Shown: in pieces, positions 9,911 to 19,965 of the stretch
Layout: every line of letters starts with the position of its first letter
How positions within the stretch are numbered: the first letter of the stretch is position 1
Assembly: GCA_900767385.1 (NCBI GenBank)
Contig: CAAFYY010000011.1
Coordinates: 1,358 to 65,357, forward strand
From: Bacteroidales bacterium
GTDB taxonomy: Bacteria > Bacteroidota > Bacteroidia > Bacteroidales > Paludibacteraceae
Direction: 5' to 3'
Length of the DNA stretch: 64,000 nt
Translations under genes and position numbers: made by a program
Notes under the pieces: generated by a model
What the model was told of the DNA's origin: nothing
The model's database searches: none
The model's input: the letters and a program-made list of their open reading frames with translations, nothing else

Positions 9911-12064
9911 ATGCAAGACGGATTTTTCAAGAGAATCATTGACTACATCGTCAGTACGTACACCGAGGTGCCTCAAAAGATGAGGAAAACCTGGGTGCTC
10001 TACGCTATTCTCCTCCTCTCCTCAGGCCTTTTCATCGCCTTTCTCGGCAAAATCATCTACATTCAGACTGTAGAGTATGAAGAATGGGAAAAGGTGGCAA
10101 ACCGCCGAAAGGATAAAGACATCGAGATTCCTGCACAGCGTGGCGACATCCTCTCTTCCGACGGACAGATTCTCGCAACCTCCATGCCCTACTACAAACT
10201 GAGCATGGATATGCGCACCGAATATCTGAATGCCGACAACGGCAAGCACTTCTACGAGAATGTCGACTCCGTTGCCATCATGTTGGCACAGTTCTTCGGC
10301 GAGCGCTCCGTCAGCGAATACAAGAACTACCTCACCGCCGGTTTCCGCAATAAGAAGGCAGAGCTGCCCCTCTCCAGACGCGCAGTAAGCTATATGCAGT
10401 TGAAGGAGGTCCGCAAATGGCCTCTCTTCCGTCTTGAGACCTACCAAAGCGGTTTGATGCTCAAGGAGGTGAACATCCGCATCAACCCATTCTATCCACT
10501 CGGACAGCGCTCTATCGGCACGATGTACAAGGACATGGAGAAAGGCGGCTCGGCAGGCGTTGAGCTGGCTTTCGACTCTCTGCTTCGCGGCGAGCCGGGT
10601 CTGATGTTGGCCAATAAGATGATTGCCAAGCAGGCCCAAAAGGGCGTCGATGTGGTGATGACCCTCGACATGAGCATCCAGGAGACTGCCGCCATGGCAC
10701 TCCGTCAAGGTATGATTGAGGCGTTTGCCGACAAAGGGTGTCTGATTCTCATGGAGACCAAGACGGGCGAGATCAAGGCGTGTGTCAACCTCCAGAAATA
10801 TGGCGAAGAGTATATCGAGGCACAGAACTTCGTGCTGACAGAGGCGATGCCACCAGGCTCCACCTTCAAGACTGTCTCCATGTTGGTGGCTCTCGAAGAC
10901 GGCACCGTCCGTCCGAACGACTCCGTCGACACCGGCATGGGCTCCTACAATCTCCACGGACATACCATCCGCGACTCCCACGCCGTAGGCAAGGTGTCGG
11001 CTTCGGAAGTGATTGCCACCTCCTCCAACGTGGGCACCGCCCTCCTCATCGACCGCGCCTACAACGGCCGACCAAGCTATTACGTAGACCTCGTTCACAA
11101 GACCTGCATCCAAGAGCCGATGACCGACATCGGCATCAACGGCGTTGGCATACCAGATATCCGCAACCCGAAGAACAAGAACAAGAACGACAAGCGCCAT
11201 TGGTCGCCATTCTCACTGGGTGTGATGTCGTTCGGCTACGAGACCACCGTGCCACCTATCTATATGGTCCGTTTCTACAACGCCATCGCCAACCACGGCG
11301 TGATGGTCGACCCTAAGTTCGTGAGAGAGCTCCGCCAGAACGGTAAGGTGGTCAAGACCTTCGAGACCAAGGTCATCAATCCTGCCATCTGCTCCGAGAA
11401 GACCATCCAGGAGATTACGGAGATGCTTAAGATGGTGGTCAGCGACAAACACGGCACTGGCTACGGACTGGTGCGCTCCCCATACGTGGAGATTGCCGGC
11501 AAGACAGGCACCTCTACCGACCAACGCAAAGACTACTCTGGCAACTACGCCTCGTTCTGCGGCTTCTTCCCAGCCGACGAGCCACAATATACGATGTATG
11601 TGATGATGCATGGTCACCGCATCTTCGGCAACCAGAGCGGACACGTGTTCCGCACAGTGGCAGAGAGCGTCTATGCCGACCACGGCGGCGCGAAAGAGGT
11701 GAGTCAGGTTCGCGACACCATCCACAGCCCTATCCCAGTGGTGAAAAACGGACGTTTCGATGCCGCCAATTATGTAATGAACCAACTCTCTATCGCTTCC
11801 AACAAAGACTCCGTAAGAAGCGAGATTGGCTGGATGAAGTCGAAGGTGGACACCGCCGGACTTCAGGTCTATAGCTACGACTGGGAGGCGGACAAGGTGC
11901 CCGACGTCATCGGCATGGGTGCCAAAGACGCAGTCTTCATGTTGGAGAACTGCGGCATGAAGGTGAAGATTCACGGCTATGGTGCCGTCGTCAGTCAGAG
12001 CATCGCCCCAGGACAAAAGGTGCAACGGGGACAGACCATCGAACTCACCCTCAAGAACAAATAG
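9911..12064 (+). CDS. ftsI: penicillin-binding protein (class B transpeptidase, FtsI/PBP3-like) with C-terminal PASTA domain
   Basis: Transpeptidase motifs STFK (PPGSTFKTVS), SSN (TSSNVG) and KTGT (AGKTGTS). The C-terminal VPDVIGMGAKDAVFMLENCGMKV... is PASTA-like. Confidence 0.85.
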   Translation: MQDGFFKRIIDYIVSTYTEVPQKMRKTWVLYAILLLSSGLFIAFLGKIIYIQTVEYEEWEKVANRRKDKDIEIPAQRGDILSSDGQILATSMPYYKLSMDMRTEYLNADNGKHFYENVDSVAIMLAQFFGERSVSEYKNYLTAGFRNKKAELPLSRRAVSYMQLKEVRKWPLFRLETYQSGLMLKEVNIRINPFYPLGQRSIGTMYKDMEKGGSAGVELAFDSLLRGEPGLMLANKMIAKQAQKGVDVVMTLDMSIQETAAMALRQGMIEAFADKGCLILMETKTGEIKACVNLQKYGEEYIEAQNFVLTEAMPPGSTFKTVSMLVALEDGTVRPNDSVDTGMGSYNLHGHTIRDSHAVGKVSASEVIATSSNVGTALLIDRAYNGRPSYYVDLVHKTCIQEPMTDIGINGVGIPDIRNPKNKNKNDKRHWSPFSLGVMSFGYETTVPPIYMVRFYNAIANHGVMVDPKFVRELRQNGKVVKTFETKVINPAICSEKTIQEITEMLKMVVSDKHGTGYGLVRSPYVEIAGKTGTSTDQRKDYSGNYASFCGFFPADEPQYTMYVMMHGHRIFGNQSGHVFRTVAESVYADHGGAKEVSQVRDTIHSPIPVVKNGRFDAANYVMNQLSIASNKDSVRSEIGWMKSKVDTAGLQVYSYDWEADKVPDVIGMGAKDAVFMLENCGMKVKIHGYGAVVSQSIAPGQKVQRGQTIELTLKNK

Positions 12065-12095
12065 CATACAATAATATATATACAGCTTCAGTATT

Positions 12096-13550
12096 ATGAC
12101 ATTAGAACAACTTCTCGCCGGCGTCGACGTAGTGTCGCTCCACGGCAGCAACATCGAGGTAACGAATATCCAGTTCGACTCACGCAAGGTGGGCGAGGGT
12201 TCTCTCTTTGTGGCTGAGAAAGGTGTGGCTGTCGACGGACACAACTATATCGGCAGTGCCGTAGAACGCGGCGCCGTGGCCATCGTCTGCGAACATGCTC
12301 CCGAAGGACTCGCCGACAGCGCTGCTGTTGTCATCGTCAACAACTCTGCTGAAGCACTCGGCCGTATCGCTGCCAACTTCTACGGCAACCCATCGCGCCG
12401 ACTCCAACTCGTGGGCGTGACCGGCACCAACGGCAAGACAACCATCGCCACCCTGCTCTATAAGATGGCACGCAAGATGGGCTACAAGGCAGGACTGCTC
12501 TCAACGGTATGCAACTATGTCGACGAACGCATGGTGCCTTCTACCCATACAACACCAGACGCCGTCAGCCTCAACCAGTTGCTGAGCGAGATGGTGGCAT
12601 GCGGATGCGAATATGCCTTCATGGAGGTGAGCTCCCACGCTGCCGACCAACGCCGCATCGACGGTCTCTACTTCGTGGGCGGTGTGTTCACCAACCTGAC
12701 ACGCGACCACATGGACTACCACCTCACCGTGGACAACTACCTGCGCGCCAAGAAGCGTTTCTTTGATATGCTCCCTTCCGAGGCTTTCGCACTCACCAAC
12801 CTCGACGACAGAAACGGTATGGTGATGCTACAGAACACCAAGGCCACCAAGCAGACCTACGCCATCGCTACGATGGCCGACTTCCAAGCCACTATCCTCG
12901 ACAGCTCGTTTGAGGGTATGCAACTCAACGTCGGCGGCAACGAGATCTTCGTTCCGCTGGTGGGCCGCTTCAACGCCTCCAACCTGATGGCGGTCTATGG
13001 CGCCTCCATCCTCCTCGGATTCAAGAAGGACGAGGTGCTCGTGGCCCTCTCCACCCTACAACCGGTGAACGGACGCTTCTCTACCATTCAGGCACCAGAT
13101 GGCTATACCGCCGTCGTCGACTATGCCCACACCCCAGACGCCGTGGTCAATGTCATCAACACCATCAACGATATCCGCACCATCGACAGCCGCCTCATCA
13201 CCGTCGTGGGCTGCGGCGGCAACCGCGACAAGGGCAAACGTCCTATCATGGCCAAAGAGGCGATGAAGGGCTCCGACCAACTGATTCTGACGAGCGACAA
13301 CCCACGCGACGAGGAACCAGAAGATATTCTCAACGATATGATGGAGGGTCTGACACCATCCGAACAGCAGCGCGCCCTCTGCATCGTGTCGAGACGCGAA
13401 GCCATCAAGACAGCATGCCGCATGGCCAAGCGTGGCGACGTGATTCTCGTGGCAGGCAAGGGTCACGAAGATTATCAGATCATCAAAGGGGTGAAGCACC
13501 ACTTCGACGACCGCGAAGAACTGATGAATGCCATGGGTATCCAAAAATAA
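12096..13550 (+). CDS. murE: UDP-N-acetylmuramoyl-L-alanyl-D-glutamate--2,6-diaminopimelate ligase
   Basis: Mur ligase P-loop GVTGTNGKTT and DNPR motif (LTSDNPRDE). dcw context. Confidence 0.9.
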   Translation: MTLEQLLAGVDVVSLHGSNIEVTNIQFDSRKVGEGSLFVAEKGVAVDGHNYIGSAVERGAVAIVCEHAPEGLADSAAVVIVNNSAEALGRIAANFYGNPSRRLQLVGVTGTNGKTTIATLLYKMARKMGYKAGLLSTVCNYVDERMVPSTHTTPDAVSLNQLLSEMVACGCEYAFMEVSSHAADQRRIDGLYFVGGVFTNLTRDHMDYHLTVDNYLRAKKRFFDMLPSEAFALTNLDDRNGMVMLQNTKATKQTYAIATMADFQATILDSSFEGMQLNVGGNEIFVPLVGRFNASNLMAVYGASILLGFKKDEVLVALSTLQPVNGRFSTIQAPDGYTAVVDYAHTPDAVVNVINTINDIRTIDSRLITVVGCGGNRDKGKRPIMAKEAMKGSDQLILTSDNPRDEEPEDILNDMMEGLTPSEQQRALCIVSRREAIKTACRMAKRGDVILVAGKGHEDYQIIKGVKHHFDDREELMNAMGIQK

Positions 13551-13580
13551 AGATAACGAATACAATATATTTAGATAACG

Positions 13581-14843
13581 ATGTTTTACTATCTCTTTGC
13601 TTTCTTAGAACAGCTTAACGTGCCGGGAGCCAGACTGTTTCAGTACATCTCCTTCCGCTCAGGACTTGCGTTTGTGGTAGCCCTCGTGTTTGCCACCTGG
13701 ATCGGTAAGCGTATCATTGGCAAACTGCAGCAGATGCAGATTGGCGAGACAATCCGCGACCTCGACCTCGAAGGACAGAAAGCGAAGAAAGGCACACCAA
13801 CGATGGGCGGCATCATCATCCTGCTCTCCATCATCATCCCTTGCCTCCTCTTCGGTCAGCTTCACAACGTCTATATGTTGCTGATGCTCATCACCACCAT
13901 CTGGCTGGGCGCACTCGGCTTCCTCGACGACTATATCAAGGTCATCAAGAAAAACAAAGATGGTCTGCACGGAAGATTCAAGATTGTGGGCCAAGTGTCT
14001 ATCGGTCTCATCGTGGGTCTGGTGCTCTATTTCAGCCCACAAGCCGTGATTGTAGAAAACATCAACTCTTATACCGACGCCAACACCAATATCGAGGTGG
14101 TGGAATATGCCACGGATGCTCACAGCTCCACCAAGACCACCATCCCATTTGTGAAAAACCATAACGCCGACTACGCCGGACTCTTCGGCTGGGCAGGCAA
14201 GTATCAGCAGACCATGAGTTGGGTGTTCTTCGTGCTGATGGTCATCTTCATCGTGACCGCCGTCAGCAATGGCGCCAACCTCACCGATGGTCTCGACGGA
14301 CTGGCAGCAGGCACCAGTGCCATACAGGGTATGGCGCTCGGCATACTCGCCTACCTCTCCAGCAACGTCAACTACGCAGGTTACCTCAACATCATGTTCA
14401 TCCCGAATGCTGGCGAACTCGTTATCTACGCCGCCGCATTCATGGGTGCAACAATCGGTTTCCTGTGGTTCAACGCCCACCCAGCACAGGTGTTCATGGG
14501 CGACACAGGCAGTCTGGCATTGGGTGGCATCATCGCCGTCTTTGCCATCGCCATCCACAAAGAGCTGCTCCTCCCGATACTCTCAGGTATCTTCTTGGTG
14601 GAGAGCCTCTCTGTGATTCTGCAAACCAGCTACTTCAAATACACCAAGAAGAAAACCGGTGTGGGCAAGCGCATCTTCAAGATGGCTCCGCTTCATCACC
14701 ACTACCAGAAACCTGCAGGCTTCAACGACGCCCTGATACAGAGTCCGCGTCAGCCAATGCCAGAATCAAGAATCACCATCCGCTTCTGGATTATCGGCAT
14801 CATCCTTGCAGCATTGACAATCATCACATTGAAAATCCGCTAA
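13581..14843 (+). CDS. mraY: phospho-N-acetylmuramoyl-pentapeptide transferase
   Basis: Polytopic membrane protein with [10 protein letters not shown] and [13 protein letters not shown] motifs. Confidence 0.95.
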   Translation: MFYYLFAFLEQLNVPGARLFQYISFRSGLAFVVALVFATWIGKRIIGKLQQMQIGETIRDLDLEGQKAKKGTPTMGGIIILLSIIIPCLLFGQLHNVYMLLMLITTIWLGALGFLDDYIKVIKKNKDGLHGRFKIVGQVSIGLIVGLVLYFSPQAVIVENINSYTDANTNIEVVEYATDAHSSTKTTIPFVKNHNADYAGLFGWAGKYQQTMSWVFFVLMVIFIVTAVSNGANLTDGLDGLAAGTSAIQGMALGILAYLSSNVNYAGYLNIMFIPNAGELVIYAAAFMGATIGFLWFNAHPAQVFMGDTGSLALGGIIAVFAIAIHKELLLPILSGIFLVESLSVILQTSYFKYTKKKTGVGKRIFKMAPLHHHYQKPAGFNDALIQSPRQPMPESRITIRFWIIGIILAALTIITLKIR

Positions 14844-14878
14844 CAATTATATAAACACAAAACAAAAAACATTACACT

Positions 14879-16225
14879 ATGAGTCGATTAGTCGTTTTAG
14901 GTGCCGGAGAGAGTGGCGTAGGAACAGCCATCCTGGCAATGAAAGAGGGATACGAGGTCTTCGTTTCCGACATGGGTACCATCAAACCACAATACCGTGA
15001 GGAAATGGAACGCCGCGGCATCCCATTTGAAGAGAAACAGCACACCGAGGAGCTGATCCTCAACGCTGACGAAGTGGTCAAGAGTCCGGGCATCCCAGAG
15101 AAAGCCCCACTCATCAAGAAACTGCGCGAGCAGGGCACCAACATCATCTCTGAAATCGAGTTCGCCTCACGCTACACCAACGCCAAGAAAATCTGTATCA
15201 CCGGTTCCAACGGCAAGACAACCACCACGATGCTCACCTACTTCATCCTGAAGAACGAGGGGCTCAACGTGGGTCTCGCTGGCAACGTAGGCAAGAGTTT
15301 CGCTTGGCAGGTTGCTGAGTGCGACTACGACTACTATGTCTTGGAACTCAGCTCTTTCCAACTGGACGGTATGTACGATTTCCGCGCCGACGTGTCGGTC
15401 ATCCTCAACATCACACCCGACCACCTCGACCGCTACGACTACAAGTTCCAGAACTATATCGACTCCAAATTCCGCATTCTCCAAAACCAGACTCCGGAGG
15501 ACGCCTTTATCTTCTGGAACGACGACCCCGTCCTGAAGGCTGAGATTGAGAAACGCGACATCAAAGCACAACTCCTTCCTTTCGCACTCGACAAGAAACA
15601 GAACGAGCGCGCCTATGTCAAGGAGGAAGAGATCAATATCGAGGACATCCACGGCCAAGACGAGGTCTTTGCAATGAATGCCAACGACCTCTCGCTCCGC
15701 GGCACACATAATATGTACAACTCAATGGCTGCCGGCTTGGCTGCCCGCGTGATGCAGATCAAGAAGGAGACCATCCGCAAGTCGCTGGCTGAGTTTGAAG
15801 GTGTGGAGCACCGTTTGGAATATGTGGTCACCATCCGCGGCGTACGCTATATCAACGACTCCAAGGCTACCAACGTCAACTCCTGCTGGTATGCCCTCCA
15901 GAGCATGAAGACACCGACAGTGCTCATCCTCGGCGGCACCGACAAGGGCAACGACTATACCGAGATTGAGAGCTTGGTGCGCGAGAAAGTGACCAAGCTG
16001 ATCTTCCTCGGCGCCGACAACGACAAACTGCGCAAGTTCTTCTCCATCCACAGCCAGTGTCCGATGTACGAGGCCAAGTCGATGGAGGAGTGCGTCAAGA
16101 TTGCCTACGAAATCTCTGAGAAAGACGAGACCGTGCTCCTCTCCCCATGCTGCGCCAGCTTCGACCTCTTCAAGAGCTACGAAGACCGCGGCCGTCAGTT
16201 CAAGGAGTGCGTCCGCAAACTATAA
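14879..16225 (+). CDS. murD: UDP-N-acetylmuramoylalanine--D-glutamate ligase
   Basis: N-terminal Rossmann VVLGAGESGVG and Mur ligase P-loop ITGSNGKTTT. dcw context. Confidence 0.9.
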   Translation: MSRLVVLGAGESGVGTAILAMKEGYEVFVSDMGTIKPQYREEMERRGIPFEEKQHTEELILNADEVVKSPGIPEKAPLIKKLREQGTNIISEIEFASRYTNAKKICITGSNGKTTTTMLTYFILKNEGLNVGLAGNVGKSFAWQVAECDYDYYVLELSSFQLDGMYDFRADVSVILNITPDHLDRYDYKFQNYIDSKFRILQNQTPEDAFIFWNDDPVLKAEIEKRDIKAQLLPFALDKKQNERAYVKEEEINIEDIHGQDEVFAMNANDLSLRGTHNMYNSMAAGLAARVMQIKKETIRKSLAEFEGVEHRLEYVVTIRGVRYINDSKATNVNSCWYALQSMKTPTVLILGGTDKGNDYTEIESLVREKVTKLIFLGADNDKLRKFFSIHSQCPMYEAKSMEECVKIAYEISEKDETVLLSPCCASFDLFKSYEDRGRQFKECVRKL

Positions 16226-16268
16226 TACCGACACTACAGCAATTATATAAACATCAAAAATCTTAACT

Positions 16269-17537
16269 ATGGATTTTCTAAAACGCTATTTCAAGGGCGA
16301 CCTCGTTATCTGGATGGCGTACTTCTTCTTAGTACTCATCTCGATAGTCTGTCTCTACAGCGCCTCCTATCAACTGACCAACCACGGTGCGAGTTTCCGA
16401 CCCATCATGAAACATATCATCATGTTGGGCGCCGGCTTCATCGGGATGTGCATCCTACAGCATGTCCCACGATATCTGGTGAGGGGTGGCGGATGGTTCA
16501 TCCTATTCATGTCGTGGGTGGCACTGATAGCCACGCTGATGGTGGGACACTCGGGCGGCGACGCACAACGAAGTCTCTCTTTTGCTGGCATCAACATCCA
16601 ACCCTCTGAGTTTGCCCGCCTCGGACTGATCATCGTGATGGCCGACCTCATCTTCCGCTTCCGGAAAGCGCCCGACAAACAGAAGAAGTTCTTCTTCCTG
16701 CTCCTCATCTTTTTCCTCGTTACGGTGTTACTCATCGTCACGCAGGCACTCTCCACCACGATATTGATTTGCTGCACGTTTGGATTGATGCTTATCTATG
16801 GCGGCTTCTCATGGAAATATATCTTAAGATTGGTTGCCGTCACAACCGTAGTCGTGGGCATATTGGGCTTCTCCTGCAACATGAGCGCAGAGAGCGGACA
16901 CTACAAACAAGAGTATATCGCCTCAACCAATGTGGTGCACGCCAGCTTCCTCAAAGCCACCAAGCGCTTCGAGACATGGTTTGCCCGCATCGACCACTTC
17001 AGCAACGAGGAGAATAAGTACCAAATCACCGACAAGAATATCCAAGAGGGCAACGCCGCTGTCGCCATTGCCCTTGGTCGCCGCCCAGCAGGACCGGGCA
17101 ACAGCCGTCAGCGCCGCTATCTCCCAAATGCCGACAACGACTTCATCTTCGCCATCATCGTGGAGGAATGGGGCATCTACGGCGCCCTTGTCATCATGGT
17201 ACTCTACATCTTCCTCATCGTGCGCTGTTTCCGCATTGCGCAGAAGAGCGACAACGAGTTTGACTCGGTATTGGTGATGGGTCTCTCGCTGATTATCCTG
17301 CTACAGGCCCTGCTTCACATGGCCATCAGTGTCGGCATAGCTCCCGTCACGGGACAGTCGCTCCCGCTCATCGGCCGCGGCGGTTCGTCCATCGTCATCA
17401 TCAGCGCCTATCTCGGCCTGACCATCGGTGTGGCAGAACGCAACAAGAAGAATAACGAGTTGGAGGAGGAACAAGACGACGGCTCCCTCTATGGAGAAGC
17501 AGTGATTGCCTCACTGGAATCAGACAACAACGAATAA
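16269..17537 (+). CDS. ftsW: SEDS-family peptidoglycan glycosyltransferase (FtsW/RodA/SpoVE)
   Basis: Roughly 10-TM protein with a ...PLIGRGGSSIV... SEDS motif. Lies between murD and murG. Confidence 0.85.
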   Translation: MDFLKRYFKGDLVIWMAYFFLVLISIVCLYSASYQLTNHGASFRPIMKHIIMLGAGFIGMCILQHVPRYLVRGGGWFILFMSWVALIATLMVGHSGGDAQRSLSFAGINIQPSEFARLGLIIVMADLIFRFRKAPDKQKKFFFLLLIFFLVTVLLIVTQALSTTILICCTFGLMLIYGGFSWKYILRLVAVTTVVVGILGFSCNMSAESGHYKQEYIASTNVVHASFLKATKRFETWFARIDHFSNEENKYQITDKNIQEGNAAVAIALGRRPAGPGNSRQRRYLPNADNDFIFAIIVEEWGIYGALVIMVLYIFLIVRCFRIAQKSDNEFDSVLVMGLSLIILLQALLHMAISVGIAPVTGQSLPLIGRGGSSIVIISAYLGLTIGVAERNKKNNELEEEQDDGSLYGEAVIASLESDNNE

Positions 17538-17550
17538 ACACGATACAACA

Positions 17551-18654
17551 ATGAAACCCTACAGATTTCTTATCAGCGGTGGCGGCACCGGCGGACATAT
17601 CTTCCCGGCGGTCAGCATAGCCAACGCACTCAAAGAACGATTTCCCGATTGTCAGATTCTCTTCGTTGGCGCGGAGGGACGGATGGAGATGGAACGCGTT
17701 CCCAAGGCAGGATACGAAATCGTAGGTCTTCCCGTGCGCGGCTTCTATCGCGAGAAGATGTGGCGCAATGTGGGAGTGGTCTTCGATCTCTTGAAGAGCA
17801 TGGTGAAGGTGCGTTCCATCATCGGCAATTTCCAACCCGACGTAGCCATCGGCGTAGGCGGCTATGCCAGCGGTGCCGCCATGCGTGTTGCTGCCATGAA
17901 GAAGGTTCCACTGCTGCTGCAAGAGCAGAACGGCTTTGCCGGCGTGACCAACAAGATGCTCGCTCCGTATGCCAACACTATCTGTGTGGCCTACGAGGGT
18001 ATGGAGCGTTTCTTCGACAAGGAGAAAATTGTGCTCACAGGCAACCCTGTCCGCCAGAATCTCCAGAACGGTACGGCAGAAGAGGCCTACAAGCATTTCG
18101 GATTCTCGCCCGACCGCAAGACGCTGTTGGTCATCGGCGGCAGTCTGGGTGCCAAGACGGTCAACGACGCCATCCTCACCCATATCCAAGACGTTGTTGA
18201 GGCCAACGACATTCAGCTGCTCTGGCAAACCGGAAAGGGCTATATCGATGAGATGCGTCAGAAGACGAGTCACATCAACGATCCACGCATCGTGGTCACC
18301 GATTTCATCGACCGCATGGATCTTGCCTATGCCATGGCCGACGTGGTGGTCTCCCGCGCAGGAGCGAGTTCAATCTCTGAGTTGTGCCTCTTAGGCAAGG
18401 CGTCAATCCTTGTCCCTTCGCCCAACGTGGCAGAGGATCACCAGACTCATAATGCGATGGCATTGGTCAACCACGATGCCGCACTCATGGTGAAGGATGT
18501 GGATGCCGTTGAGACGCTCGTGACTACAGCACTCAACCTCTTGCACAACGACAATCGCATGCAGCAGCTGAAGCAACAGATTACGACACTCGCACAACGC
18601 GATTCTGCAACACGTATCGCCGACGAGGTGGTGAAGTTGCTGCCCAAAGAATAG
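17551..18654 (+). CDS. murG: undecaprenyldiphospho-muramoylpentapeptide beta-N-acetylglucosaminyltransferase
   Basis: MKPYRFLISGGGTGGHIFPA N-terminus and a GT28 C-terminal domain (SRAGASSISEL). Internal ATG 17551 lies after the ftsW stop. Confidence 0.9.
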   Translation: MKPYRFLISGGGTGGHIFPAVSIANALKERFPDCQILFVGAEGRMEMERVPKAGYEIVGLPVRGFYREKMWRNVGVVFDLLKSMVKVRSIIGNFQPDVAIGVGGYASGAAMRVAAMKKVPLLLQEQNGFAGVTNKMLAPYANTICVAYEGMERFFDKEKIVLTGNPVRQNLQNGTAEEAYKHFGFSPDRKTLLVIGGSLGAKTVNDAILTHIQDVVEANDIQLLWQTGKGYIDEMRQKTSHINDPRIVVTDFIDRMDLAYAMADVVVSRAGASSISELCLLGKASILVPSPNVAEDHQTHNAMALVNHDAALMVKDVDAVETLVTTALNLLHNDNRMQQLKQQITTLAQRDSATRIADEVVKLLPKE

Positions 18655-18690
18655 TTTGCTCACTAACAATTAAAACATCATATCTCACAA

Positions 18691-18728
18691 GTCCCTTCCA
18701 GCATTCTGTTGGAGGGGACAACTTTTTT
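18691..18728 (+). terminator. rho-independent terminator after murG
   Basis: Stem TCCCTTCCA / TGGAGGGGA (one G-T pair) followed by ACTTTTTT. Confidence 0.55.
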
Positions 18729-19003
18729 GCTCTCCGCTCGGTTTGCACCTCTCTTTGGAGAAGATAGGCGGCACCTCGGGAAAACAATTTGAACAAGTTC
18801 ATTGCTCTCCGCTCGGTTTGCACTCTCTTTGGAGAAGATAGGCGGCGTCTCGGTAATCCCCAAAATTAAACTTCGATTATTTTTGGTATTGCGCTCAACT
18901 TGACCCCTCTTTAAAGAAGATCGGCGGCGTCTCGGCAATCCCCAAAAATTAAACTTCGTTTATTTTTGGAATTGCGCTCGACTTGCACTATCTTTGCAAA
19001 AAA
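18728..19003 (+). repeat. tandem array of ~75-87 bp promoter-like modules (3 full units plus a terminal functional-looking copy)
   Basis: Units start at 18728, 18803, 18890 and 18973 with TGC(T/G)CTC... Shared blocks are GGAGAAGATAGGCGGCGTCTCGG and CCCCAAAA(A)TTAAACTTCG(A/T)TTATTTTTGG. The last unit carries an intact TATCTTTG box. Confidence 0.7.
18989..18996 (+). promoter_or_regulatory. Bacteroidota -7 promoter box (TAnnTTTG)
   Basis: TATCTTTG lies 9 nt upstream of ATG 19006. Confidence 0.5.
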
Positions 19004-19005
19004 AT

Positions 19006-19950
19006 ATGAGGTACTTCAAGGCGATATGTTGTGCACTGGTCTGCCTGTGTCTTTCGGTAGCCAGTGTCGGGGCGCAAACCGACCATTTCTTCTATGGTTC
19101 CGTCGGTTTGGGCTATTCAACCCTCAAGTATCACACCGAACAACTACAGACTATCGGCAACGGCGGAGCAACACTCGGCGTCGGCTATGAATTCCAAACC
19201 AGCGGAGGGTTCGTACTCTCTCTCGGCGCTGCCTACGACGCCATCAACAGCACGACACGACACAAACCGTTTGTCAACGACCGTCTGATGGTCGACACCG
19301 ATGGTCTCCCCGACGGCACACCATGGTACGACACGGTGATGTTCCATACCGCCTTCAACCGCTTCCGCGAGACACAGATGCTCGGCTTCGTCAGCATCCC
19401 ACTGCTGTTCGGCGCACGCTTCGACCGTTTCACTATCCTCGCCGGCGGCAAAGTGGCGTTCCCACTCTACGCCCGCTTCGACACAAAATCGCATATCACC
19501 ACGACAGGCACCTACCAGTGGTTTGACGAGGATTTCCACGATATGGAAAATCATTATTATGTGGGCGACAAGCGGCTCAAAAACAGCGGCACACTGCAGA
19601 CTTCGATGAATATTGACGTCGTTGTTCAAGCGTATGTGGACTGCACCCCCAGCCGCTGGAAAAGCACACAGCTCCATCTCGGTGCCTTCGTCGACTATGG
19701 CGTGCTCAACATCAGTCAAGAGACGCAGACGCAGCCGCTCATCACCTATCACGAAAACCCACTCGACATCACCTTCGTGTCGCAACTTCAATCGAACGCA
19801 CTCAACAAAAAGAATATCTCCCCACTGATGGTAGGCATCAGCGCCAAATTCCTCTTCGAACTCGGAACGACCAGCGGAGGCGGCGGACGCACACACCGCC
19901 ACTGCAACTGCATCAACGGTTTCAACCACAAGGGCTGGGGACGATATTAA
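19006..19950 (+). CDS. hypothetical outer-membrane beta-barrel protein
   Basis: Signal peptide MRYFKAICCALVCLCLSVASVGAQ and an alternating amphipathic beta-strand pattern (GATLGVGYEF, LHLGAFVDYGV, GISAKFLFEL). Has an unusual Gly/His/Cys tail GGGGRTHRHCNCINGF. Confidence 0.5.
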   Translation: MRYFKAICCALVCLCLSVASVGAQTDHFFYGSVGLGYSTLKYHTEQLQTIGNGGATLGVGYEFQTSGGFVLSLGAAYDAINSTTRHKPFVNDRLMVDTDGLPDGTPWYDTVMFHTAFNRFRETQMLGFVSIPLLFGARFDRFTILAGGKVAFPLYARFDTKSHITTTGTYQWFDEDFHDMENHYYVGDKRLKNSGTLQTSMNIDVVVQAYVDCTPSRWKSTQLHLGAFVDYGVLNISQETQTQPLITYHENPLDITFVSQLQSNALNKKNISPLMVGISAKFLFELGTTSGGGGRTHRHCNCINGFNHKGWGRY

Positions 19951-19965
19951 GCAAACAAAACATCT

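Noticed and set aside
10022-11200. Very long antisense ORFs opposite real genes: 10022..11200(-) opposite ftsI; 24625..25749(+) opposite the MBL gene; 34385..35371(+) opposite the CoA-transferase; 39190..40323(+); 42090..43139(+); 44587..45708(+) opposite topB; 13659..14558(-) opposite mraY.
   Set aside because: Each lies entirely inside a gene with strong family signatures on the other strand. Their translations are low-complexity (Val/Gly/Asp/His/Ala-rich) with no motifs. They are typical shadow ORFs produced by codon bias in GC-rich coding DNA.
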